30,330 bases of DNA, taken from assembly GCA_016180605.1 (NCBI GenBank), contig JACPAW010000141.1, positions 1-30,330 of the forward strand, in the 5' to 3' direction. This document shows positions 16,661 through 25,239 of this stretch, piece after piece. Positions within the stretch are counted from its first letter, which is position 1; the number at the start of each line of letters is the position of its first letter. The translations under genes were made by a program, and so were the position numbers. Source of the DNA: Candidatus Omnitrophota bacterium (GTDB lineage Bacteria; Omnitrophota; Gorgyraeia; Aquiviventales; Aquiviventaceae). A model generated the notes under the pieces. The model was given only the letters and a program-made list of their open reading frames with translations, did no database searches and was not told where the DNA came from.

Positions 16661-18085
16661 TTAGGCCGCTGCTAAATCTCGGCGAGGATGAATATGAGAA
16701 TGCCGAATCGCCGCGCGCAGCTCTCCGACGAGAAATAGCGAACCGGTCACCACCACGACGTCATTCGAGGAGGCCACATTGAGAAGATAAGTATACGCAT
16801 CCTTCGAGTCGGACATGACGTGGACATCATGGCAGTAAGGGTACCAGCGCATGGCAAGTTCTGTCGGGTCCATGGCCCGCGGATGAGCACTCTTGGTGCA
16901 GGTTACGCTTACGGCTAGGTGTCCTAGCATTTTTGCAACCTGCTCGATCGCTTTATCTGCGGACATGCCCACTAGAAACTGCAGTGTTTTTCCAGGACAG
17001 AGTTCCATGAGGGTTTCCTGCAGCGCTAAAGCAGCGTGAGGATTATGGGCTCCGTCCATCAGGATCAGCGGTGCTTGCTGGACGACCTCCAGCCTTCCTG
17101 GCCAATCCACATTCGCTAATCCTTTTTCGATAATCCGGTGCGGGATTCCATCGGAAGAAAGCGATTCGATTGCGGCAATGGCAGCAGCCGCATTGAAAGC
17201 CTGATGCCTGCCGACTAAAGGAAGACGAAGCGACTCATAAATGCCGCGCAAACCTGTGACACAGAACTGCAAGCCTTCCCAGTCGTGCGCATGCACGGAA
17301 ACCGTCACATCGCATCCAACCCGCAGCAAGACGGCACCCCGCTCCTGGCAAGCGTTTTTCAATACCCCTTCCACTTCCTCATGCTGCGGAGCGGAAATCA
17401 CCATCTGTCGCGGCTTGATGATCCCTGCTTTTTCTGCAGCAATGGCAGCGATGTCTTCTCCCAACACATCCGTGTGATCCAAATCGATCGGGCCAATGAC
17501 CGCAATGGAGGCTTCGGCCACATTGGTGGCATCCAAACGACCGCCCAAGCCCACCTCGAGGATAGCAATATTCACTTCCCGCTGGGCAAAATAAAGAAAC
17601 GCAGCAGCCGTGAGGAGTTCGAAATAGGTCGGGGTATCTTCTTCCCCTTTTTGACGCATGGGCTCTGCCACCGATTTGACTTGATCGATGACGCAGGCAA
17701 AGGCCTCCGGGGAAATCCAATCCTCGCCGTGTGAAAACCCATCACTCGAAGCTGCAGACTCTATTGCCTGCGCGTCTTGGAAAGCAACCACAGGATGAGC
17801 GAGGGTCATGCGGATGCGTTCCCGCAAATGCTCCAAGTGTGGGGAGGTATACAAGCCAACGGACAAACCGCTTTCCCGCAGCATGGAATACAACAGCGCA
17901 CACAGAGAACCCTTGCCGTTGGTCCCTGTAACCAGGATGGAACGAAACCGACGCTGCGGCTGCCCCAGAGCGCGGCAGAGTCGCTGCATCCGCTCCAGCT
18001 TCACTTGCCGCATGGCAGAGACAAGATGACGCTGTTCGTAGTTGACGAATGAATCCAAATACGCAACAGCCTCCTCATACGTCAT
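16661..18085 (-). CDS. folC: Bifunctional folylpolyglutamate synthase/dihydrofolate synthase
   Basis: VTGTNGKGS, SPHL, TYFE, EVGLGGRLDATN, EKAGIIK, WPGR, DGAHN. Start set at MTYEEA (18085), which has SD GGGAGGG. Confidence 0.95.
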   Translation of the reverse strand: MTYEEAVAYLDSFVNYEQRHLVSAMRQVKLERMQRLCRALGQPQRRFRSILVTGTNGKGSLCALLYSMLRESGLSVGLYTSPHLEHLRERIRMTLAHPVVAFQDAQAIESAASSDGFSHGEDWISPEAFACVIDQVKSVAEPMRQKGEEDTPTYFELLTAAAFLYFAQREVNIAILEVGLGGRLDATNVAEASIAVIGPIDLDHTDVLGEDIAAIAAEKAGIIKPRQMVISAPQHEEVEGVLKNACQERGAVLLRVGCDVTVSVHAHDWEGLQFCVTGLRGIYESLRLPLVGRHQAFNAAAAIAAIESLSSDGIPHRIIEKGLANVDWPGRLEVVQQAPLILMDGAHNPHAALALQETLMELCPGKTLQFLVGMSADKAIEQVAKMLGHLAVSVTCTKSAHPRAMDPTELAMRWYPYCHDVHVMSDSKDAYTYLLNVASSNDVVVVTGSLFLVGELRAAIRHSHIHPRRDLAAA

Positions 18086-18110
18086 GGCATTCGCCCTCCC
18101 ATAAAAGCGT

Positions 18111-18653
18111 TCAACTACCCTGCTGCTGCCGCTTTCGCCAGGCTTCCAGCAAGCGGCGCACATCCCCATCGGCACTGCGGCCCACGAGTGCCCCGACCAT
18201 CAGCAAAAGCGAAAATTGCCAGGCTTCTTCAGGACCGACGACCAGGCCGGATTGTATGTCCTCCGCCCTAGCCATTTTTTGGTCGAAATGCTCAATGGCT
18301 TTCTGCAAGGAATTCTCATAAACATCGAGAGAGGAAAGCGCATGCCGGTATTTGAGCGAAGGAAATTGCACTCCCCGGATCAAAAGAAACGTGGTAATCG
18401 TTTCTTCGCTCATTTTCAGCTCGTCATCAAAGGCAAACCCTTCGAACTGAGGCGAAAAACCCGGCAGCATAATGGCGGGCCGTTCGATTAAAACGTGTCC
18501 TTTGCGAACTACCGTGTCTCCGGCATTCAGCGAAGACTCCGCCAGAAAAACGTATGGCACGGCCGTTGCTTCGAAACTGGATAAATCCGGAAGCCGCAAC
18601 CTCAATAGTTGCGTTTCCTTGCGCGCTTTATCCCAGAGGTTTTCGATATCCAT
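18111..18653 (-). CDS. Hypothetical protein inside the purH-folC run
   Basis: Fills the gap between purH and folC on the same strand; SD-like GAGG before MDIENLW; no family recognised. Confidence 0.75.
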   Translation of the reverse strand: MDIENLWDKARKETQLLRLRLPDLSSFEATAVPYVFLAESSLNAGDTVVRKGHVLIERPAIMLPGFSPQFEGFAFDDELKMSEETITTFLLIRGVQFPSLKYRHALSSLDVYENSLQKAIEHFDQKMARAEDIQSGLVVGPEEAWQFSLLLMVGALVGRSADGDVRRLLEAWRKRQQQGS

Positions 18654-18661
18654 GGCTGCCT

Positions 18662-20209
18662 CTAATGACGAAAATGACGAATCTCGGTAATCCACATCGC
18701 TAAGCCCGCCTTATTTGCAGCAGCGATGACTTCGGCATCCCGGATGGACCCTCCAGGCTGGATCAGAGCCGCAACCCCTGCCTTGGCCAAAAGTTCAACG
18801 CTATCGGCAAAAGGGAAAAAGCCATCGGATGCCGCCACGGCCCCGGATGCGCGCTGCCCTGCTTTATCCAGCGCCAGGCGCACGGATCCGACCCGGCTGG
18901 GTTGCCCCTGGCCGATACCGACCGTGGCCCCTTCTTTGACCAAAACAATCCCGTTGGATTTTACATGCTTGGCAGCCAGCCAGGCAAACGTCAAATCCGA
19001 GCGCTCTTGCGGTGTCGGAACTCTCTGTGTTGCCACGCGCAGGGTGCGCTCTACCCAGCTTACGCGATCCGGCTCTTGGGCCACCCAGCTTCCAAAAAGC
19101 TGACGCCATTCCCATTGCGAAGAAGCAATCAATGGCCAGTCGATCGTCACCACGCGCATATTCGGTTTTTTGGCAAGAACCGCAAGAGCCGCAGGTTCGA
19201 TAACCGGCGCCATCACGACTTCCAAGAAAGTCGCTGTCAATCGAGCCGCCAGCGCTGCATTCACCGGACGATTCAATCCGACAATCCCACCGAATGCCGA
19301 CTCCGCATCGCAGGCAAAGGCGCGCTCATAGGTTTCTTCCACAGTCGCTGCAGTAGCCATGCCACACTGGGAATGGTGCTTAACGATCGCACAGCAAGGA
19401 TTGGAAAATTCCGCAAGACAGCGCAGCGCCGCATCGATATCCAAAATATTATTATAGGACAATTCCTTTCCTTGGATCTGGTGCAGCGTCCCCATACCCA
19501 GGGGAGCTTCTGCCTGGTTCACATACCAGGCACCGCGCTGATGCGGGTTCTCGCCGTAGCGCAAATCCTGCCGCTTGATAAGGGACAAGGAGCATTCTGC
19601 AGGAAGCCCTTTCTCCGAATCAGAACCGGTGCCCTTAAGATAGGTGCTGATTCGATGATCGTAGGCGCTGGTTAGCGAAAACGCGGCGACGGCAAGGGGA
19701 CGGGACTGCTCCTCATCTAACGTACCCTTGCCCGATTGCAGGGCTTCCAGAACGCCCCCATATTGCTGAGGGTCACTGACAACTACTACATGCGCGTGGT
19801 TTTTCGCAGCCGCGCGCAGCAAGGCAACGCCACCAATATCAATTTGTTCCAGCGCCTTAGAAACGGATGCCTCCTTGCGACTTACCGTCTGTTCAAAGGG
19901 ATAAAGATTCACGACCACCAAGTCAATGGTGCCGCTGGAACCGATAGAGCGCATGTGGGCCGGATCATCCCGGCGGGCCAGAATTCCGGCGTGAATCTTC
20001 GGGTGCAGTGTTTTCACGCGCCCATCCAGCAGCTGGGGGGAGGCGGTGAATTCTTCGACCGTCACCACGTGCAATCCATTTTCCTTAAGCAATTTTGCCG
20101 TGCCATCGGAAGCAAGCAGCTCCACTCCCAATAATGCTAAGCCCTTGGCAAACGCCACAAGGCCGCTTTTGTCGTAGCAGCTTAACAGTGCCCGCTTGAT
20201 CGCAATCAT
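18662..20209 (-). CDS. purH: Bifunctional AICAR transformylase/IMP cyclohydrolase
   Basis: RALLSCYDK, GRVKTLHP, VNLYPF, IDIGG, LRYGENPHQ, ELSYNN, IVKH, ASDGFFPF, QPGGSIRD. Confidence 0.97.
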   Translation of the reverse strand: MIAIKRALLSCYDKSGLVAFAKGLALLGVELLASDGTAKLLKENGLHVVTVEEFTASPQLLDGRVKTLHPKIHAGILARRDDPAHMRSIGSSGTIDLVVVNLYPFEQTVSRKEASVSKALEQIDIGGVALLRAAAKNHAHVVVVSDPQQYGGVLEALQSGKGTLDEEQSRPLAVAAFSLTSAYDHRISTYLKGTGSDSEKGLPAECSLSLIKRQDLRYGENPHQRGAWYVNQAEAPLGMGTLHQIQGKELSYNNILDIDAALRCLAEFSNPCCAIVKHHSQCGMATAATVEETYERAFACDAESAFGGIVGLNRPVNAALAARLTATFLEVVMAPVIEPAALAVLAKKPNMRVVTIDWPLIASSQWEWRQLFGSWVAQEPDRVSWVERTLRVATQRVPTPQERSDLTFAWLAAKHVKSNGIVLVKEGATVGIGQGQPSRVGSVRLALDKAGQRASGAVAASDGFFPFADSVELLAKAGVAALIQPGGSIRDAEVIAAANKAGLAMWITEIRHFRH

Positions 20210-21036
20210 CGCTTAGCCCAGGACCGGCGCGAGATGCCCAGCTCTTGCTGGACCTGTTTCCGGAATTCCCTCAGCAGCTTCTTTGAAATCGGTCCAGGAT
20301 GCCCATTTCCGATTCGACGTCCGTCAATGGTCGTCACCGGAAGCACTTCTTTTAAAGTGCTCAGCAAGAAGGCTTCATCGGCATTGTAGAGTTCGTGGCG
20401 TGTCAGGGGCGACTCCAGATAAGGAATTTTCAGTCGTTCCGCAAGCTCCCGAACCACATCGCGCGTAATCCCCGCAAGCAGCCCCAGCGCACAAGCTGGG
20501 GTGATGATGGTCCCCTTCTTTACGATAGCGAAATTGCTGGCAGTGCTTTCGGTCACGGAGCCGATCGTGTCCAAAAAAAGCGCTTCATCGACCCTGCGTA
20601 ATTGCGCATCCATAACGGCTAAGACGCTGCCCAACCGGGCCGAATATTTGGCTTGAGGGTCGATGGACCCAACGCTGAATTTGCGGGCTGGTACTACGGA
20701 AATTCGCACCCCTTGCGCATAGGCTAAAGCCGTCGGGCGGATGGCAGGACAAACCACGATATGCGGGTAAGCCGGCTCGCTTAGTTGCGGGATCAGAGCG
20801 ATCCGAACTACGGCTTCCCGCAAACCGGAGCGTTTTAAGGCATCCCGGATTTTCCGGCTTAAAAGCCTTCGCGGCAGCACCCGGGTGCCCAAGTATTGGG
20901 CGGATCCATAAAGCCGATCCAGATGGTCTTGAAGGCGAAACAGCCCTCCCCCGTAGGCGCGCATGGTTTCAAAGCAGCCGTTGGCAAAGCGTTCCGTAGG
21001 AACGGGACTAAGACGCGGCTCGACGATGGAAGGCAT
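20206..21036 (-). CDS. Class IV PLP aminotransferase, probable 4-amino-4-deoxychorismate lyase (PabC-like)
   Basis: GCFETMR, HLDRL, AKY (PLP Lys), EALFLD..G.VTE...SN, LLAGITR, ADEAFL. Overlaps the 3' end of pabB. Confidence 0.85.
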   Translation of the reverse strand: MPSIVEPRLSPVPTERFANGCFETMRAYGGGLFRLQDHLDRLYGSAQYLGTRVLPRRLLSRKIRDALKRSGLREAVVRIALIPQLSEPAYPHIVVCPAIRPTALAYAQGVRISVVPARKFSVGSIDPQAKYSARLGSVLAVMDAQLRRVDEALFLDTIGSVTESTASNFAIVKKGTIITPACALGLLAGITRDVVRELAERLKIPYLESPLTRHELYNADEAFLLSTLKEVLPVTTIDGRRIGNGHPGPISKKLLREFRKQVQQELGISRRSWAKR

Positions 21037-22609
21037 CGGATGATTGGGATTTGGCTTGAAGGGCTTCGATCAAGGCACCGGCTTTAGCCAACGTCTCGGC
21101 ATACTCTTTCTCCGGGTCCGAGTCCGCCACAATTCCAGCCCCGGTGTAAAAACTTAACGAGTTGCCTTGGATGACCATGGTTCGGATGGCGATGTTTAAA
21201 TCCAATGTGCCATCAAACCCCAAGAAACCAAGCGAGCCGGTATACAACCCGCGCTCGATTGGCTCTAATTCATGAATGATCTGCATGCTGCGGACTTTGG
21301 GGCAACCGGTGATGGTGCCTGCGGGAAAAACAGCCCGTAGGACATCCACCGCATCCATTTCTTTGCGTAGGATTCCGGAGACATCGCTGACAATGTGGAT
21401 CACGTGGGAGTAGTCCTCGAGGGTCATAAACTCAGCGACATCCACCGTCCCATAGGCGCACACTCGCCCGAGGTCGTTTCGGGCAAGGTCCACCAACATC
21501 AAATGTTCCGCACGTTCCTTTTCACTGATGAGCAAGTCGAGGCTGTTGACGAGATCTTGCTGCGCTGTCTTACCACGAGGCCGAGTACCGGCAATGGGCC
21601 GGGTATGAATCCGCGATCCTTGCACGCGCACCAAGCGCTCTGGAGAGCAGCTCACCACCGCCATATCTTGCCATTTCATGTAACACGCAAAAGGCGAGGG
21701 ATTGATTTGTCTTAAGCGCTGGTAAAGCACGGATGGCTCCCCTTGCCAAGGAACGATGAAGCGCTGTGCTAAATTGGCCTGGAAGATCTCTCCGGCTCGG
21801 ATGTATTCCAGCGCATTCAAAACCATTTCTTCAAATTCCATTTGGGTTATGGTCGCGGTCATCGCCTCGGGGGGCATGACCTGCGACCCCGCCATTGCGC
21901 CACGGCCTCCGGCCGTGGGCGGCATGGTGGTGCTGATACCCGCGGGTGGGCGGGATGTCGCCCCCATCGGGGCGTTGTTCGAGGTGCCACGGGCTCTGCC
22001 CGTGGGGCTCCACCATGGAGAAGATTGAAGAAGAGGCGCCTGTTCTCTCAAGCACGCTTGCGCATCACGAAGCCGTTCCAAGGCCAGATGAGCAGCCAGC
22101 GGTTCTGGCTGATGCGGATCGACGACACTGCAAAGCCAGCTGCGCTTCTCAAAATGATCGACCAGGATGACCAAGCGCATTCCCAGCCATAACATCTCAG
22201 GCAGAGCCAGCCCCGATGGCTTTGGGTTCGGCAAGCACTCGATCCAGCGACCGAGCTCATAGCTTAGAAAACCCATTAATCCCAACGACCGGCCAAGCGG
22301 ATCCTCCCGGTGGGGAATTTGGTATCGACGCAGCACCTGCCGCAACGCTTCAAGGGGTTGCGCCCTCCAGCTTTCACTGGCACTGCTGGTCGTTAAGGTG
22401 ATTTCATCGCCTTGAGTTTTCAGCGTCAGCCACGGATCGCAGCCCAGCATAGACCATCGGCCCGTCAAGGGATGGTTTCGCGCGCTATCCAGCCAAATCA
22501 ACCCTCCATCGCAAGCAAATCGGTGGATAAACGCTTCCAGATCGGGACAGCCATCGACGGCGCTGATATAACTCGTAAGGGGTCCGCAGAGAACCGGTTG
22601 GGCTGACAT
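21008..22609 (-). CDS. pabB: Aminodeoxychorismate synthase component I (anthranilate synthase I-like), with in-frame low-complexity insertion
   Basis: WLDSA, GFLSYE, GEIFQANL, NPSPF, SPERL, RPIAGTRPRG, KERAEHLMLVDLARND, GTITGCPK, RGLYTG, GAGIV. Adjacent to pabC-like gene and near folC. Start set at 22609 because the longer ORF begins inside the IS end. Confidence 0.85.
   Translation of the reverse strand: MSAQPVLCGPLTSYISAVDGCPDLEAFIHRFACDGGLIWLDSARNHPLTGRWSMLGCDPWLTLKTQGDEITLTTSSASESWRAQPLEALRQVLRRYQIPHREDPLGRSLGLMGFLSYELGRWIECLPNPKPSGLALPEMLWLGMRLVILVDHFEKRSWLCSVVDPHQPEPLAAHLALERLRDAQACLREQAPLLQSSPWWSPTGRARGTSNNAPMGATSRPPAGISTTMPPTAGGRGAMAGSQVMPPEAMTATITQMEFEEMVLNALEYIRAGEIFQANLAQRFIVPWQGEPSVLYQRLRQINPSPFACYMKWQDMAVVSCSPERLVRVQGSRIHTRPIAGTRPRGKTAQQDLVNSLDLLISEKERAEHLMLVDLARNDLGRVCAYGTVDVAEFMTLEDYSHVIHIVSDVSGILRKEMDAVDVLRAVFPAGTITGCPKVRSMQIIHELEPIERGLYTGSLGFLGFDGTLDLNIAIRTMVIQGNSLSFYTGAGIVADSDPEKEYAETLAKAGALIEALQAKSQSSDAFHRRAAS
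21900..22017. repeat. Cluster of REP-like palindromes inside the pabB coding frame
   Basis: CCACGGCC-TCC-GGCCGTGG (21900-21918), CGCCCC-CATC-GGGGCG (21959-21974), CCACGGGC-TCT-GCCCGTGG (21987-22005); 10/11 inverted repeat at 21923-21933 and 22007-22017. Confidence 0.7.
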
Positions 22610-22618
22610 GGCTGGGTT

Positions 22619-22627
22619 ATTGTAGCA
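22619..22627 (-). promoter_or_regulatory. extended -10 promoter of pabB (near-leaderless)
   Basis: TG-C-TACAAT, 9 nt upstream of ATG 22609; no SD. Confidence 0.5.
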
Positions 22628-22714
22628 TATCGGTGAGCGATGTCGTTTAGAGGCGTGAGGCATATCCGATTTAATCAAGTTCCCATCGTGATGACGGTGT
22701 GAGGGCCGGGCGTC

Positions 22715-23275
22715 TTACGGTAGAGTAAACGCGTTCTCATGCACTTCCTCGAAGCGCTGCAAGCGCCACGTGTAACTCTTGGGCGTGAAGGTCGAGTCTC
22801 CGTACCCCGCACGAATCGCTTCCCACTCGTCTTGGGAAAGAGCCAGGGGCCCCTTCGTTGGCGCTTGGCGGTAACCTTGCATCACCCGTGGAGAGACCGT
22901 ATCAGGGGGCAGCAATTTGGGAACCGGTTCGAAAAGTCTCACGACGGCAAAACGGAGTGACCCGTTTTGTGATCGGCTGCCTTCCAACACCCCGATGCAG
23001 AAGTCGTGCTGCCCCTCAAAGCGGATGAGCGCACGCGTGGGAGCAATGAGTTGGACGGCTTCCAAATTAAACTTCGGCAGAATGCCGAAGGGATAGATTG
23101 AAGGATAGGTGGTGAGCAGCGCGTCCTGGAGGGGGCCGGTCATAATTTCCGTCCACTGAGCGAGGATATCCTCAGCGGTCAGCGGTGCGGATGGCTGTTC
23201 AACGCTTCCAACGCTGCTCACGTTGGCAACCAATACCGCCACTCCGACAAGCCACAGTCGGCGTCGGTGCTTCAT
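22715..23275 (-). CDS. Passenger gene: predicted secreted protein of unknown function
   Basis: Basic N-terminus plus hydrophobic signal (MKHRRRLWLVGVAVLVANV); SD-like GAGGGGG; 15 nt after the transposase stop and inside the TIRs. Confidence 0.75.
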   Translation of the reverse strand: MKHRRRLWLVGVAVLVANVSSVGSVEQPSAPLTAEDILAQWTEIMTGPLQDALLTTYPSIYPFGILPKFNLEAVQLIAPTRALIRFEGQHDFCIGVLEGSRSQNGSLRFAVVRLFEPVPKLLPPDTVSPRVMQGYRQAPTKGPLALSQDEWEAIRAGYGDSTFTPKSYTWRLQRFEEVHENAFTLP

Positions 23276-23290
23276 CGGGCGCTCACCCCC

Positions 23291-24256
23291 TCATGGTGGT
23301 GGCGTAGACGCAGCCAGCGGTACGCGTGACATCCGTTGGCGTGCAACCAAGCTCCGGTAGGGAATGGGGTCAAGAGCCACCGCTTGTTGCACCAGGCGAT
23401 AGAAGAGCTTCCCACGGTAACGGGACAGCCGCCGATTGAACCGGAACGTGAACTCATTGAGGTAGTCATCAAGATGCTCATGCGAGACTCGACCCTGGTG
23501 GATGCCCAAGAGCCAGCGTTTGAGCAGGGCCGCGACCCGATGGACCCGGGGCAGCAGGGTCGAAGCGGTGCGGCCACTGCCGCTGACTTTCCGAGGCCAA
23601 TGGCGGTAGCCATGCTCGACCAAGCCGGGGTAGGCCGTCCAGCCATCTGTGATGACCACCGCTCCAGGAGCGATCACCGCTCAGACGAAACCGACCAGAC
23701 TCTCCGCAGACGCGTCAGGGATTCGGCGCAGATGGATGCGGCCGATGCCACCACCTTGGACTTCAGCCGCTGCCGCGACCAACGCTTTGGTCCGTCCCAG
23801 GTGGCGCTTGCCGCCACCTGGCTCGACACCTCCGAGGTAGATTTCATCCACCTCCACCTCCTCGGTCAATGGTTCCCGGCCTGGGCGAGTCATGGCCCAC
23901 CGCAACTTGTGCAGAATCGCCCACGCCGTCTCGTAGCGACTCAACCCCAGCGTCCGTTGGAGGCCCAAGGCGCTCACACCGCTCTTCTGGTTCGTCACCC
24001 ACCAGATCGCTTGGAACCACACGCGCAGGGGCAGCTGACTGCGATGGAACACCGTCCCCGCCGTCACCGATACCTCATGGCTACAGGCACAGCACTGCCA
24101 GAGGTGCCGACTGGTACGCCAGGCTCGGCTATGGCCACAGCGGGAACAGCGAAAGCCCTGCGGCCACCGCAACTGGGCCAAATACGCCCGGCAGGCGTCC
24201 TCGGTGCGGAAGCGGTCTTCGAACTCCAGCATGGTGCGAGGATACGCTTCGTCCAC
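23291..24256 (-). pseudogene. IS1595-family transposase interrupted by one in-frame TGA
   Basis: Zn ribbon CSRC...CCAC, HTH, VEVDE, ITDGW, LPRVH...LKRWL, YLNEFTFRFNRR. The two ORF-track pieces share a frame and are separated only by TGA (23683-23681) plus one codon. Confidence 0.9.
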
Positions 24257-24302
24257 GGCAGCAGTCTACGACCGAGGATAGCTTGAGTCAATCGGATATG
24301 CC

Positions 24303-24881
24303 TCAGAGGCGTATCAGGTACAGCTTAAGCCTGAGCAACCGAATGTGCTCGCGCAGAGAGCGGATTTCGATGTCGATTTGCCGGGCGTCTTGCATCATTT
24401 CATCCAACTGGGTTTGGTTAAGCCTGGCCTCATCGGAGCCTTGAGAAGCCTGGATGGCTTTGCGCAACTGCGCGATGGATCGCCCGAAGCTCGAGCGCTG
24501 CAAACGCTTCACGCGCAATTCCCCAGAAGCCATGGCAAGGGCTGCATTGAGCTGCTGGCGCTGGGGTTCCAGTTGTTTTTTCGCCTCCGCGATCCTCGCT
24601 TTCACGCTAGCCGCAGCCGCCTCCAAGTCTTTGCGCATTTGAGCAATCGCATGCTCAACGGTTTCCCGTTTCAATGTCAGCTCTTTTTCATAGGTCGCAA
24701 TGCGGCTGAGCAGCTCCTGGTGGCGTTCCAATACCCGGGCGAATTTGGGATCTTGATGAGTGACTTCATTGAGGAGTTGTTCACGGCTGACAGGCGGACT
24801 GCATCCTGCAGTCAAGAAGAGGAGAAAAAGAAAGCTTTGCAGAAGAGCGTGATGACGCTTAAGCTCAAGGCGTCCGTGCAT
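24303..24881 (-). CDS. Coiled-coil lipoprotein of unknown function
   Basis: Lipobox LTAGC after a hydrophobic stretch; heptad-rich E/K/R/Q/A/L sequence. Confidence 0.75.
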   Translation of the reverse strand: MHGRLELKRHHALLQSFLFLLFLTAGCSPPVSREQLLNEVTHQDPKFARVLERHQELLSRIATYEKELTLKRETVEHAIAQMRKDLEAAAASVKARIAEAKKQLEPQRQQLNAALAMASGELRVKRLQRSSFGRSIAQLRKAIQASQGSDEARLNQTQLDEMMQDARQIDIEIRSLREHIRLLRLKLYLIRL

Positions 24882-24890
24882 GAGAAGTTA

Positions 24891-25182
24891 GAGCCCCTAA
24901 CATAATGAGCACACGGCCGCGTTGCGGATGCCAAGCGGCCAGATTCAAGGAACGACGACGCCGGCGTACTGGAATCCAGTACGCCAAGGAGGAGTGACGC
25001 AGAAGATGGCCGCTTGCCACCGCAACCTCCATCGTTTCTCGAATGGGCTGGGCGGACTGGCTTCGCCGCCCTTCGTTGCTCGTCGCTTGCGTACCGCAGG
25101 TGCTTGTACGCTACGCTCCTCGCGCCTCGGGCGGCTCGCCATTGCGCCCAGCGCGGCCATGCGATCATTATGTTAGGGGCTC
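24891..25182. mobile_element. MITE (non-autonomous), 292 bp
   Basis: Perfect 18-bp TIR GAGCCCCTAACATAATGA; TTA on both flanks (3-bp TSD); internal hairpin GGCGTACTGG-AAT-CCAGTACGCC (24963-24985); no credible ORF. Confidence 0.88.
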
Positions 25183-25239
25183 TTATCCTTCTTGCCGCCT
25201 CTGCGCACGGACTGTGCTGAAGCGGTGGCTGTGACTGGA

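Larger units (their letters stand above)
22657..24304 (-). mobile_element. IS1595-family (ISSod11-like) element with passenger gene, 1648 bp
   Basis: Terminal inverted repeats GAGGCATATCCGATT(T/G)A(A/C)TCAAG (21/23). 8-bp target duplication AGAGGCGT at 22649-22656 and 24305-24312. Confidence 0.92.

Noticed and set aside
22610-22678. N-terminal extensions given by the ORF track for pabB (also folC, gpmA, radical SAM, ATP-grasp 2)
   Set aside because: They start inside an IS end, a promoter or the neighbouring gene and lack homology to the family.
23681-23683. In-frame TGA in the transposase as selenocysteine or genetic-code reassignment
   Set aside because: TGA is a normal stop for several genes here (RCC1/PA14, ATPase, M48, pabC-like). 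The position is not a Cys site, so simple nonsense is more likely.
23336-24286. 316-aa plus-strand ORF
   Set aside because: Antisense shadow of the IS1595 transposase, with no motifs of its own.
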